Shown here: positions 49,843-62,899 of the stretch, one piece after another | How positions within the stretch are numbered: position 1 is the stretch's first letter | Layout: each line of letters opens with the position of its first letter | Assembly: GCA_030390025.1 (NCBI GenBank) | Contig: CM059452.1 | Location: 7,998,001 to 8,062,000, forward strand | Length of the DNA: 64,000 bases | Reading direction: 5' to 3' | Source of the DNA: Squalus acanthias | Lineage: Eukaryota | The notes under the pieces: generated by a model | Databases searched by the model: none | Told to the model about the DNA's origin: nothing | Seen by the model: the letters and a program-made list of their open reading frames with translations, nothing else | Program-made: the position numbers and the translations under genes

Positions 49843-52779
49843 GTGAGAACCATTCACTCTTTCAGTAACTGCTGTATTTGTGCCTTTATTTTATATTTCT
49901 GTTTATTTCAGCAATTCATTCATTCACTGAAACTTGTATTCGCTGGATTCTGTATTGAGATTTTTTGCAATGCTTCATTTGATTCTGCTGAAAAGGGTTC
50001 ATAGAATTGAACTGCTTCTTCAGAATAATATATTGTTGAGGGATTGAGCCCCTGATTGATGTGATTTGTTGTTTATCTGCTGATGAGATAGTGTGCCTGG
50101 GGTTACTTCAAATACCCAACGGTTGTTGAACTGTTTGGCTATTCTACAATGTTTAATCTCGGTGACGTCTAATGGTTGCAGGATTTCTGATCAAATGTAA
50201 ACATTTATGTGACTAAATGTGTTTGAAATAAGATTGTAGGCAGAAAATAGAAACTTTAGCGGTCAAAAATAATTTAAAGATATTTTGACGTATTTCTATT
50301 TGTGATATTTACATTGTCATTTATTAATCTAATGTCCACCAACGGTCATATTCAATACATGAAAAGTTAATGTAATTAATGACTAAATAATTAATAAATT
50401 TGTTGCCTGAATCAGTTTGAAATTAATATAAATTAAATTAATTTATTGTAGTAATATCACCCAATATTACAATAATATGCTATATCAATATTAATTTATT
50501 AAACATGATCCGTCTACTCACAATTCCGCTGTCATTATTTTATATTTATGTTTATTTCAATAATTAATTCGTTCAGTGATAGATGGGTTCGCTGGATTCT
50601 GTATTGAGATTTTTTTGCAATGTTACATTTGATTCTGCTGAAAGGGTTTATAGAATGAAGCTGCTTCTCCACAAAACGTTCTGTTGCGGGATTCAGCCCC
50701 TCAGTGATGTGATTTGCTGTTTATCTGCTGAGGAGAGTGTGTGCCTGGGTTACTTTGAATAACTAAAGTTTGTGAAATTGTTTGGCGTTTCTGCAATGTT
50801 TAATCTCGGTGACATCGAACTGTTGCAGGTTTTCTGATTTGTTTAAAACTGTCTGAAAGATGATTCTAGGCAGACAACAATAAGGTTTTATAAATCAGAA
50901 ATCGTTTAAAAATAATTTAATGCATCTTTCTATTTAAGTGAGAATTGCAGATTCAACTATTAATATATGGTTTACGGTGCTCACATTTAATAGGTAAATT
51001 GTACTGTAATTATGAATTATATAATAAAAAAAATTCAGGTTGAAGGAGAATGAAATCAATATAACTCAAACGATTATAATGCGGTAATATTGCCCAATAT
51101 CACTCAATATGCTGTAGGATTAATATTAATGTATTAAACATTATTCGCCTTCCACAATTCTGCTCTAAACTGGTCACAATTAACGTGAGCGGAAAATTTT
51201 AGAGGCTGGAGACAATTTCTGATTATGTCTGAAATTATTTTAATAACAGCAGACTGATTCCACCGCAGTGTTCAGGTTAATGAGGGGTTTGAAATTAATT
51301 GTTATCTCCCTGTTTCACACAGATGAATGACGGATTGTATTTAATTATGCATTAAATGCGAGTTGTAAATAGAAGTTTGTAAATGTAATAAATCTGCCGG
51401 GTTATTAAATTCTTACTGTGCAGCGGAAAGCATGTTATTCCTTCAATATTATTTGTTGTTTGATAGCGAGACAATTATCACTAAACTAATCTTAAACAGT
51501 TTGTAAGATCATGGGCTGAGCGGTCGCTGGCAGTCAAAGAATTGTTCATATGATTCTATTTAAATTCAAGGAAAGTGCAGACTGCGTAAGGCTGGCGACA
51601 CACATTGACATTCAAGCAGATTAATTTAATTACGAAAGGTTAATATTAGTTTTGAATTTAACAACAACATCCTGTCTCCTGTAACGGTGCTGTTTACGGG
51701 ATAGAATTATAGACAATGCACAGATTACATCAGAGAGTTATGTTTAATTCTCATTAATACCAAATTGATCAACAAAATCTCGCCTCCATTTGCTCATTAA
51801 ATTTCAGTGTCGCAGATGGTCTGATTGATTTGTTCTCGGGCAGTTTTACACTGATCATTCTGGACCTTATTTTCAATAAATAGCAGAATATATTTAATAA
51901 TTAATTTACGGGCATTGTGTGAATTACGGGAGTAAAGTATAAAAAGATTGCCTGTGTTATTAAATAGCGGAGGCTCTGTTACTGACTGCAAACTGGCCGG
52001 TTGTCTTTTAATTCATGAAAATAGTTTTTTCTAGTTAAGATTGAGGACAATGTTTCAACTCGAGAGCCCTGCTTTAGTAAACACACGGTGTTACAGTCCA
52101 TTGGTAGTTAGTGAGATGTGACCACGGCCAGACTTTGAACTATTTAAATAGTCCACTCCTAAATCCATCATGTGAAATCCACTCTGAGAAAAGATGGAGT
52201 TTCTGTTGTATCAGAGAGTTCAGAAACATGCATTGTTTACAAGTGTGTAGATAGAGAGCGGGAATGTATTAGAAGTTAGTGACCATTTTAACTTATTCAA
52301 ATGTGATTTGATTTAAGTAAAATTAATATATTTTTCTGAATGTCTTTATCTATTAATATGATTCTTAATATTTTAATATTGATAAGTGCCATGTTAATTT
52401 AATTGAAACCCTAATAGTTCACAGGTTACCAGGCAGAAACAGGTTTAAAATTAATTTTACTTAATTTTGTTATAATCCAGTGTAACATCAGATAACATCA
52501 ATATTAACTTAGAGTATAATATCAGTGTGAATTTATTAAACATAAATAAGCTCCCACAATTGCTTTGTATACTGAACAGGATTATAGTTGCTGTAAAATC
52601 TCAAGGGTTGGAGAGAATTTTAAATTTTGTCTAAAATTAATTTAAAAACAATACATGTCTTAATCAGCTGTGCTCAGCTCGAGAAGGTGTCGCCGCAGAT
52701 TTTAATGTGTTTTGCCTCAATGATTTTCCAGGTTATATTTAATTATGAAATTATATTAACCCAGTGGGTAACCGGTTTT

Positions 52780-55700
52780 TTGAAACAAGATGGCTCCTGG
52801 GCTAGCAGCTCCCTCGGGAGTTGCTTTGCCATCCTTGGCCATCCGTTGCCATCCTTTGCTCTGTTTCCCCCAAGTCTCCTCTCTTCTGCTGTTTAAGTTC
52901 CCCAGGCTCTAATAGTGGGTGCATTTTATCCCTAACTGCAAGTTCAAGCTGCAAGGTTAAAGTTACCTGAGCCCACTTTCCATCCCCCGACCATGCCTGT
53001 TCTTTGTTCTCAGTGAGCACTGGCTCTTCACTTAAACTTAGCTCCCAAATTCCCAGACCTCTCTGCCGTCAAGACTACGCTTCTCCACTAGACTAGTGAT
53101 CTAGTGACGAGTGGATCGCGGGTGGAGTTCGGGGACAGGGCTCGCTAGAATATCAGTGCTAATTTGATCCTGTGAGAGACAACATCATTCATGTCCGAGG
53201 CCAGGACCCAGGAGCGAGGACGAGCCCAGCAGCGATATCAAGGCCCAGGAGTGGCGCAGCGTGGACCAGCAGCAGGATCGGGACCCAGGGAAGGTGCGGC
53301 ACGGGCCAACAGCGAGGTCGGGAGGAACACAATGCATCCTACGAAACCCAGGCAGAGAGGACCTGCGGGAAGGAGGGAGGAGGACAGTAGCATTGTTTGT
53401 GTGTGTGAGCTAGGCCGTTGTAGCAGAGCCTGGTTTCCAATCGTCTTGGATCCCCTTTCCATTGGACCAAGACCTTTCTCTGTCAAGCCCGTGAGGTAGC
53501 TGGTGTGCAACGGCCACCCCACATTAAAATAATTCACGCACAGGCATCTTCCACCCTTTAAAATGAAGTTCGGGACCTGGAACGTAAGGACCCTCATGGA
53601 CAACCCCAACAGTGACAGACCGGAACGCCGTACTTCTATTGTTGCCCGGGAGCTCAGACGTTTCGACATTGACATTGCCGCCTTAAGCGAGACCCGGCGG
53701 GCAGGGGAAGGCCAGCTCAAAGAGCAAGGCGGTGGCTACACCTTCTTCTGGAAAGGCAAACCTGAAGAAGAATGCCGCCTCCATGGGTTAGGCTTCGCTA
53801 TAAAAAATGAACTAGTTGAACGTCTCAGAGACTCCCCTTGTGGAATAAACGAGTGCCTCATGAATCCTCGGCCAATCCTAGCCCAGAACCAATGCGCTAC
53901 GGTCATCAGTGCGTACGCCCCAACACTGGAAGCCACAGACGAGACCAAAGAGCAATTCTACTCCAGCCTCGAACAATCCTTGTCCCGAGTGCCAACGGGC
54001 GAAAAGCTAATCCTCCTTGGCGACTTTAACGCCAGAGTTGGAAAGGACACAGACCTCTAGGGAGGTGTGCTCGGCAGAGAATGGGTAGGGAAAGCCTACT
54101 CCAACGGTACGCTTCTCCTGTCGAAATGCTTAGAACATGGCCTTGTCATAACCAACACCTTGTTCCGTCAGAGAGACAAGTACAAGGCTTCATGGCAGCA
54201 CCCTCGCTCCAAGCATTGGCATCTGCTGGACTACGTCATTGTCTGAGCGAGGGACCGCAAGGACGTCCGCATCACCCGCGCCATGACAGGAGCTGACGAC
54301 TGCTGGACAGACCACTGCCTAATCCGTTCTGTCATCTCCATCAATGTAGCCCCAAAACAGCGGCGGCAACAGAAACAATGCCGCAGGAAAATCAACGCTG
54401 GAGCACTCAAAGACCCCGCTAAGAAGGCTCTATTCAGCCTGCGCCTCACAAACAACCTGACGACTCCCAGTGATGCAGAGACACAGAGTGTCCACAGTGC
54501 CTGGTCTGCACTCAAGGCCTCCATAATCAGCACCTGTAAAGAGACGCTTGGTTACTCGACCAGGAAACACCAAGACTGGTTCGACGAGAACGACCAGGAC
54601 ATCCAGGAGCTAATAAGCCGCAAGAGCAAGGCATTCCTGATCTGGAAACAGCAACAGAACTCGAAACCAAGAAAGCAGCTCTACAGACGCCTGAAGGCCG
54701 AGGTCCAACAAAAAACTCGCGACCTAAAGAACAGATGGTGGGTGGAGAAGGCGCAGGAGATCCAGCAGCTAGCTGACAACCACGACGTGCGTGGATGCTT
54801 TAGCGCAGTCAAGACCATCTACGGCCCAAGCAACCAAGGGCCTACCCCACTGCGGCCAAGAACGGAGAAGCAGTCAGTGCCCGCTGGAAGGAGCACTTCG
54901 AAGATCTCCTTAACCGAGACTCTGTCTTCGACACAAGTGTCCTCAACTCCATCCCGCAGCATGCTACCCGCCACCATCTCAGCACAACCCCAGCCCGGCA
55001 TGAGGTTGAAAAGGCCATCCGACAACTAAAGAACAACAAGGCCTCAGGAGCAGATGGAATCCCCGCCGAGGCACTAAAGCATGGCGGAGAAGCACCACTG
55101 GCGCGAATTCATGAACTCATTTCTCTTATCTGGAAGGAGGAGAGCATGCCAGGGGATCACAGAGACGCCGTAATTGTGACCATTTTCAAGAAAGGTGACA
55201 AGTCCGATCTCGGTAATTACAGAGGAGTTTCCCAGCTGTCTGCCACAGGGAATGTCATCGCAAGAATCCTCCTCAATCGTCTTCTCCCAGTGGCCGAAGA
55301 GCTCCTCCCAGACTCGCAATGCGGATTCCGCCCACTAAGGGACACAATGGATATGATCTTCATCGCACGTCAATTACAATAGGAATGCAGGGAACAGCAC
55401 CAACCGCTGTACATGGCCTTCTTTGATCTCACAAAGGCCATCGACACTGTCAACCGTGAGGAATTATGGAGTGTCCTCCTCAAATTCAGCTGCCCTCAAA
55501 CGTTTGTTACCATCCTCTGCCTGCTTCACGACGACATGCAAGCCGTGATCCTGACCAACGGATCTACAAGAGGCCCAATTCACGTACGGACCGGGGTCAA
55601 GCAAGTCTGTGTCATCGCACCAACGCTCTTCTCGATCGTCCTTGCTGCAATGCTACATCTCACCCTCAGTAAGCTCCCCGCTGGAGTGGAGCTAATTTAC

Positions 55701-56763
55701 AGAACAAACGGGAAACTGTTCAACCTCCGTCGCCTCCAGTCCAGATCCAAAGTCGTCCCATCATCTGTCGTCGAATTACAGTATGCAGACGAAGCTTGCG
55801 TCTGCGCTCACTCTGAGGTCGAACTCCAAACCATCGTCAACACCTTCACCGAAGCTTACGAGAGCATGGGCGTCACACTAAATATCCGTAAGACCAACCT
55901 GACCCCGCCACACAGTACTGCCCCCCCGATTATCAAAATCCAAAACAAGGCCTTGGACAACGTGGACCACTTTCCATATCTCGGGAGCCTGTTGTCAACA
56001 AGGGCAGACGTCGATGACGAAGTCTAACACCGCCTTCAGTGTGCCAGTGCAGCCTTTGGTCGCCTGAGGAAGAGAGTGTTTGAAGACCAGGACCTCAAAC
56101 CCGGCATTAAGCTCATGGTCTACAGAGCAGCAGTGATACCCGCCCTGCTGTATGCCTCAGAGACATGGACCATGTACAGCAGGCACCTCAAAGCACTGGA
56201 GAGGTACCACCAACGCTGCCTCCGCAAGATCCTTCAAATCCATTGGCAGGATAGGCGCACCAACATCAGTGTTCTCGCTCAGGCCAACATCCCCAGCATC
56301 GAAGCTTTGACCACGCTCGATCAGCTCCGATGAACGGGTCACATTGTCCGCATACCCGATACGAGACTCCCAAAACAAGCGCTCTACTCGGAGCTCCGGC
56401 ACGGCAAGAGAGCCCCAGGTGGGCAGAGGAAACGCTTCAAGGACACCCTCAAAGCCTCCTTGAAAAAGTGTAACATCCCCACCGACACCTGGGAATCCCT
56501 GGCCCAAGACCGCACAAAGTGGAGGAGAAGCATCCGGGAAGGCGCGAACACCTCGAGTCTCTTCGCCGGGAGCAAGCAGAAGCCAAGCGCAAGGAGCGCA
56601 CGTCAACCCAAGCACCCCACCCACCCGCCCCTTCAACCACCGTCTGCCCCACCTGTGACAGCGACTGTAGGTCCCGCATTGGACTCATCAGTCACCTGCG
56701 AATTAATTTTTAAAGAGGAAGCAAGTCATCCTCGGTTCCGAGGGACTGCCTAAGAAGAAGAAG
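52780..56763 (+). mobile_element. Near full-length degenerate RTE-clade LINE
   Basis: GTWNVRTL, LSETR, SAYAPT and LGDFNA (APE); FFDLTKAID and QYADE (RT); C-terminal CPTC; (gaa)n tail; candidate TSD aaccggtttt 52770 / aatcggtttt 56764; several stops and frameshifts. Confidence 0.9.
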
Positions 56764-57367
56764 AATCGGTTTTCAATGTAAATGTCTCCTGGTTTGTTAA
56801 ATTCTTGCTCTGTCACGGAGTCCCTGTTATATGCAGCAAATTACCCTGGAATGTGAATTATTTCAGCAAACCTGTTTTCAGGGAATCGAAATCTTACTCG
56901 GTTTGTAAGATTGTAGACAGGGAGGGAGAAATGGTTGGAAGTCGAAGTGAGCTTTTCAAATTAATATCAGTTTAATTTCAAAAAACGTGCAGATTTGAGG
57001 TGGTCGGAAATTGACAAGAGAGCAATTAGAAATCAGCTTCATAAAATTGACAGATTGAACAGATCTATCTGCTGAGAGCACGATTGTTGCACCGTTTGTG
57101 TCTGTTCTGTTTCTGTGCGCCTGCTCACTGTGTGAGAATCAGGAGTCCTCCTGACTGGTTGTAAACCTGCTGGTTTGTTCTCTTGTGTTTCATGGAGTAC
57201 AATTCGACTCATTTATTTCAGAAGTTTGTACCTGTCAGAAATGCGATAGTGTGACTTTAAGTTTCAGGAGGCGCTTCCGATTTGGCAACAGTACCCCAGT
57301 TTGTGACATTCAGAAGGAGGAATTCAGAAACACTTCTGGAAGAGAGTAGAAGGAAATTTAATCAGTT

Positions 57368-58040
57368 TCTAACCCGCGCCGTACCTGCCCTGGGAGTGTT
57401 TAATGGGACAGTGTAGAGAGAGCTTTACTCTGTATCTAATCTGTGTTGTACTTGCCCTGGGTGTGTTTGACGGGACAGTGTAGAGGGAGATTTACTCTGT
57501 ATCCAACAAGTGCTGGACCTGCCCTGGGAGTGTTTAATGGGACAATGTAGAGAGAGCTTTACTCTGTATCTAATCTGTGTTGTACTTGCCCTGGGTGTGT
57601 TTGACGGGACAGTGTAGAGGGAGATTTACTCTGTATCCAACAAGTGCTGGACCTGCCCTGGCAGTGTTTGATGGGACAGTGTAGAGGGAGCTTTACGCTT
57701 TATTTAACCCGTGCTGTAACTGACCCGTGACATTTGATGGGACAGTGTGGAGGGAGCATTTACACTGTGTCTAACCCATGCTGGACCTGGCTTGGTCGTG
57801 TTTGACGGGACAGTGTAGATGGAACTTTACTCTGTTTCTAGCCCGTGTTGTACCTGCCCTTGGAGTGTTTGATTGCGCAATGTAGATGGAGCTATACTCT
57901 GTATTTAACCATTGCGGTACCTTACCCGGAGTGTTTGACAGTGCAGTGTAGACTTGGCTTTGCTCGGAATCAATTCCTTGCTATACCTGACCATACAGCG
58001 CATGGCAGGGCAGTGGATAGGGAGCTTTACTCTGTATTAT
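57368..58040 (-). repeat. 67-bp satellite array, decaying
   Basis: Same unit as 49330-49791. Confidence 0.9.
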
Positions 58041-58129
58041 CTGTACATTAACAGACCTGAGAATACTTTGTCTCGCGTTGCTCAAGGAATCTTAATCTGC
58101 ATCCAACGAATAAAATGTGACTTCTGCAG

Positions 58130-58410
58130 CCAGATATCTAAAAATAAAACCCGGGATGAGAGACTTCAGTTATGTGGAGTGATTGGAAAAGCTGGGATTG
58201 TTCCTTAGAGCAGAGAAGGTTAAAGGGAGACCTAATAGAGATGTTCAGAATTGTGAGAGGTTTTGTCAGAGCAAGTCGGGAGAAACGGTTTCCTCTGGCG
58301 AGTAGGTCGATAACCAAAGGCCACAGATTTAAAATAATTGCCAAAAGAACTAGAGGGGAAATTAGGAGATTTTTTTTCAAGCAGAGGATTGTTAAGCTCT
58401 GGAATTCACA
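58130..58410 (+). mobile_element. CR1 3' fragment
   Basis: SLEQRRLKGDLIEMFRIV..RIVKLWNS. Confidence 0.8.
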
Positions 58411-59141
58411 AGACAACTAACTGGTCATGTACTTGACTAGTAAAGTGTGAGTTCTCGAACCACAGATATATAAAAATAAAACTTTCCATTGCTCCGATGA
58501 AACAACCGTGCATTAATTGAGTTTAACCTTATTCCAAAAATAATGACTGCCCAAATTTTAAAGAATCGATAAACTTTAAACATTTTGAGTGTCAGATAAT
58601 GATTGAATGAGATTGGCCTGATCCTGAGCTCACTTTCAGAACAAACAGTTTCAGGAAGTGACTGTAACGCTCCAGAAAGCAGCGCCTGTTCTGATCTGAT
58701 GGGAGGCTAGAAGTTATTTTAAGAATTTAAATGGAGAATGTCGAGACTCCCGCTCCAAATAACCATCCTGGGAACCTTATGTTTGAAAGCATTATTTCGT
58801 TCAATTGTTTTTTAAAAAGCTAACAGGCAGGGAAAAATTCTGGTGAGACGCAGCTATTGGACTGGGTCACAGCACAAGGCTCACAGTCACTGAGCCGCAC
58901 CTCTGTGAAACATTTAAAGAGAAACAGTCAGCCTGCGATGAGTCGTCATTCACAATAAGCTTTAAGACTCTGTGACGGTATCCGATTGAATCATTTGAGT
59001 CAAATTCCTCAGTTCCCTTTATTTTAAATATTCTCTTGCATTATAACAAACAATAAAAATAGAACTGATAGAGGTGTTCAACATTATGAAGCGTTTCCTT
59101 CCATTAAAACGGGGAAGAACTAATTCCGCTGAGCCGTGTAG

Positions 59142-60610
59142 AATCACAGAATTTCAGAGCACAGAAGGGGCCATTCGGCCCGCCTTGCCTGTGCTGGCTC
59201 TGAAAGAGCTGTCCAATCAAGTCCCAGCTTTTTCCTCGTAACCCTCCACTGAGTCCTCTTCAAGAACATGTCCAGTTGCCTTGTGTATTCCAGAACTTGA
59301 CAACCCTCTGTTTGAAAAAAACAAATATCCCCATTTTCCCCTCTAGTACTTTTGCAAATTATTTTAAATCTGTGAGAATTGGTTACGGACCTACTCGCCA
59401 GAGGAAACCATTTCTCCTGATTTGCTCTGACAAAATCTCTCACAATTTTGAACACCTCTATTATGTCTCCCCTTAACTTTCACTGCTCTAAGGGACAATC
59501 TCAGTTTTTCCAATCTCTACACAGAACTGAAGTCTCTGATCTCCGTTATCATCCTGGTCAACCTCTTCTGTACCCACTCCAAGGCCTTTTCATCCTTCCT
59601 AAATTGTGGTGCCCAGAATTGTATACACTACTCCAGCTGATGCCTAACCTGTGATTTGTAAAGGTTTAGCATGACTTCCTTGCTTTTTGTATTCAATGCC
59701 CCTTTTACAAATCCAAGTATCCCACACACTTCCATAACCGCCTGATCAACTTGCCCTGCCACCTTCAAAGGTTTGTCAATATGTGCCCCCAAGTCCCTCT
59801 GCTCTTACACACCCCTCAAAATAGTGACAGTTAGATTATGCTGTCTCTCCTTGTTGTCCCTCCCAAAGTGCATCACCTCACATTTATCTGCATCAGCCAC
59901 ATGTCTGCCCATTTCACCAGTCTGTCTATGTCCTCCTGAAGTCCGCTGCTATCCTGCTCACTAGTAACTACCTTGCCAAGTTTTGCATCATTCGCGAACT
60001 TGGAAACTGTACTCCCTATAAACAAGTCCAGGTAATTTATATATAAAACCGGAAAAGCAATGGTCCTAATACCGACCCAAGGGATCCCACTGCATACTTC
60101 TCTCCAGTCTGAAAAACATCCGTTCACCACTACTCTCTGCCTCCTCTCCCTCAGCCAATTACATACCCAAGTTACCTCCGTCCCTTCACAGAATCCCCAC
60201 ATTGCAGATAGAGGCCATTTCGGCCCATCGAGCCTGCACCGACACATATCCCACCCTATCCCCGGAACCCCACGTATTTAATCCCCCTAACACTAAGGGT
60301 CAATTTATCATAGCCAAATCAACCTAACCCGCACATCTTTGGACTGTGGGAGGAAACCGGAGCAAACCCACGCAGACACAGGGAGAATGTGCAAACTCCA
60401 CACAGACAGTCACCCGAGGCCGGATTCGAACCCGGGTCCCTGGCGCTGTGAGGCAACAGTGCTAACCACTATGCCACCGTGTTGCCCTTAATCCCTTGTG
60501 CTTCTATTTTCCGAATAAGTATTTTATGAGATACTTTATAAAATGCCATTTGAAAGTTTATGTGTACAACGTCTATTGCAACACCATCATCAACCCTCTC
60601 TGTTACTTCA
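59142..60610 (-). mobile_element. Degenerate CR1 fragment interrupted by a SINE
   Basis: WLRERRQRVVVNG..SKFANDAK..LQEDIDRL; tail at 59142. Confidence 0.82.
60187..60481 (-). mobile_element. tRNA-derived HE1/V-SINE-like element
   Basis: - strand: ggtggcatagtggttagc (A box), gggttcgaatcc (B box), gtgtggagtttgcacattctcc core. Confidence 0.8.
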
Positions 60611-62077
60611 CAGTGCAGACCGAGCTTTCAGTATCTGACCAATAAGCCACAGGTGATTGAGTTATCAACACAAACCAAAAGCCAGAGATTCCCACATCAG
60701 CAGTCAGCACATGAGTTACTGTTGGTCCTTCCTTGCATACTACCGCTGATATCCAATCGATTTATAATGTTTAAGGATTGCCAATATTAGATATTTAGTG
60801 AAGAAACCTGTCCCGATGTTTAGATTATTTTCGGTACAAACAGCAACAAGAAGTAACGACCCAGAAAGCAGCGCCTGTTCTCACTGGTGGGAGGGTGGAA
60901 AGTAATTTGGAAAATGCAATGGAGAATTTAAAGAGCATCGTTCCCTATAACCGGCTTTGGGAATCGTATTTAATTCGGATTATTTAATTGAGTGAGTGGG
61001 AGGAAGGAACTCAGGAGACATCCATTCAGTAGAATGGGATAGAGCACAAGTCACACTGCATCGCTCTCCCTCCAATTCTGAGAAGGAAAGAGAGAGACTC
61101 GAATCAATCACGATTCATCTAAAGCTTGAATCTTAGAAACCAGGCTGTGCAAAAGTTCCCTACTCAAATCTGTGCGCTGAATTATTCCGTTCACATTTTA
61201 AAGGAGACTTCAACCTTTTTTGTAAACGTCCTTTATTGTCGTGGGAACAAAGAAGATTTAGAGGAGGTCTGATTGAGGGGCTTTGGAATTATGAAGGGAT
61301 TCGGGAAACATATTTCCCCGGGTCGGTGAGTTGGTGAGTAAATGGCACTAATTAAAATCAGCAGCAGCAGAATTATGGGATAGGGTATTGTTCTACTTTA
61401 CTACACAGGGGGTTGTTAGGACATGGGATGTCCTATCAGAAAGACGGCTGCATACAGAATCCGTAATAGCTCGATAAAATTGAACATTTGAGAAGAAGAT
61501 TGGGAATTCGAAGGAGCACGAGATTGGTGGAGAGATCTTTTCGAGGCGTGATTGGCCGAATAGATTACTTCTGGGCTGTAAATATGTATTACTTTATAAT
61601 TCTGGGTCATGCTCTAAAAAGACGCTGTAAACACGTTTTAAAGATAATACAACTAGTAGATCTAGCTGTAGCAGTTGTGTGACTGTTCTGATAATTCAAT
61701 TGCTAACTTCAATGACAAAACACTCTGGGACCCGAAATGATGCATTGAAGGGGGAAGCTGGATAAGTACATCAGGGAAAAACGAATAGAAGGATATGTTA
61801 TTAGGGTTAGATGAAGGAAGGTGGGAGGAGGCTCGTGTGTAGCATAAACAGCGGCATTGACCAGTAGGGCCGAATGGTCTGTTTCTGTGATGTAAATTCT
61901 ACACAATTTTACAGTCCAACTCTTCAAGCTCCGGGCTGGAAAACCGGACACGCCACAGAGGGGAAAAGGTAATCCTTTAAAATTCAGCGCAAAGCACATT
62001 TCCCTCACACCTAACCGCCGGTTTCATTGTCTCTGGAATTCTCCAGTTTATTGATCTTTATTGTGATTGTTCTGCAG

Positions 62078-62502
62078 CTAAACATCCGCGGGAACCGTCC
62101 GTGTCTGTCCTCCTGCCCCCGGCAGAAGAAGTCTCCGCTCAGAGGTTCGTCACCCTCACCTGCTTAGTGAGAGGTTTCTCCCCCCGAGAGATCTTCGTCA
62201 AGTGGACATTCAATGACAAGCCGGTGAATTCCGGCAACTACAAGAACACCGAGGTGATGGCGGAGAACGGCAGCAGTTCCTTCTTCATGTACAGCCTGTT
62301 ATCCATTGCAGCGGAGGAGTGGGCCAGCGGCGCTTCTTACTCCTGTGTGGTGGGACATGAAGCGAACCACTTGAAGATCATTAACAGAACGATTAATAAA
62401 TCCAGCGGTAAACCCAGTTTTGTGAACATTTCCCTTGTACTGATGGACACCGTCAATTCTTGTCAATTAGAATCTTTCGATTGCATTTCAGTTCTTGAAT
62501 AA
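62078..62502 (+). CDS. IGHM: IgM heavy-chain Cmu4 exon with secretory tailpiece (isolated, probably a relic)
   Basis: ctgcag acceptor; [78 protein letters not shown]; TM splice donor g|gtaaac at 62407; AATAAA at 62498 and 62508. Confidence 0.9.
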
Positions 62503-62899
62503 AAACCAATAAAGGCCTTTTCTTCCAATCGTCAGTTACACACACAGCCGCTCGATTAATTTTGTTTCCCATTTTTGCCAAGGGGAGGGCTGTTTATCTG
62601 AAGCAGGATATTTGCCGGTCTCGGGCCCAAGGCTTGTACAGCCAGCGCTCCCAGCTCAGATACACCACGGGTTAGAGACAGACTGAAGCTCTTTCATGAC
62701 AGGATTTCTCAAAGTCACTTCAGCAACTTTCCTCCCGCAGGGGGAATGAAAAAGTTCCAATTTCAGACAAGCAAACGCAGCACATTTAGATCTCGGTGTC
62801 CCTGTTTCTCGTGTTGTCGATCTCTTCAGAATTGGGGTCGGTTTTATTTTGCAGCATCTCACCCTCTGGGATCTGAAATAAGGCCACACATGAACCCGA

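Noticed and set aside
49843-62077. Search for Cmu1-3 or TCR C exons
   Set aside because: No C1-set motifs seen in the ORF track or by eye; very decayed exons cannot be excluded without tBLASTn
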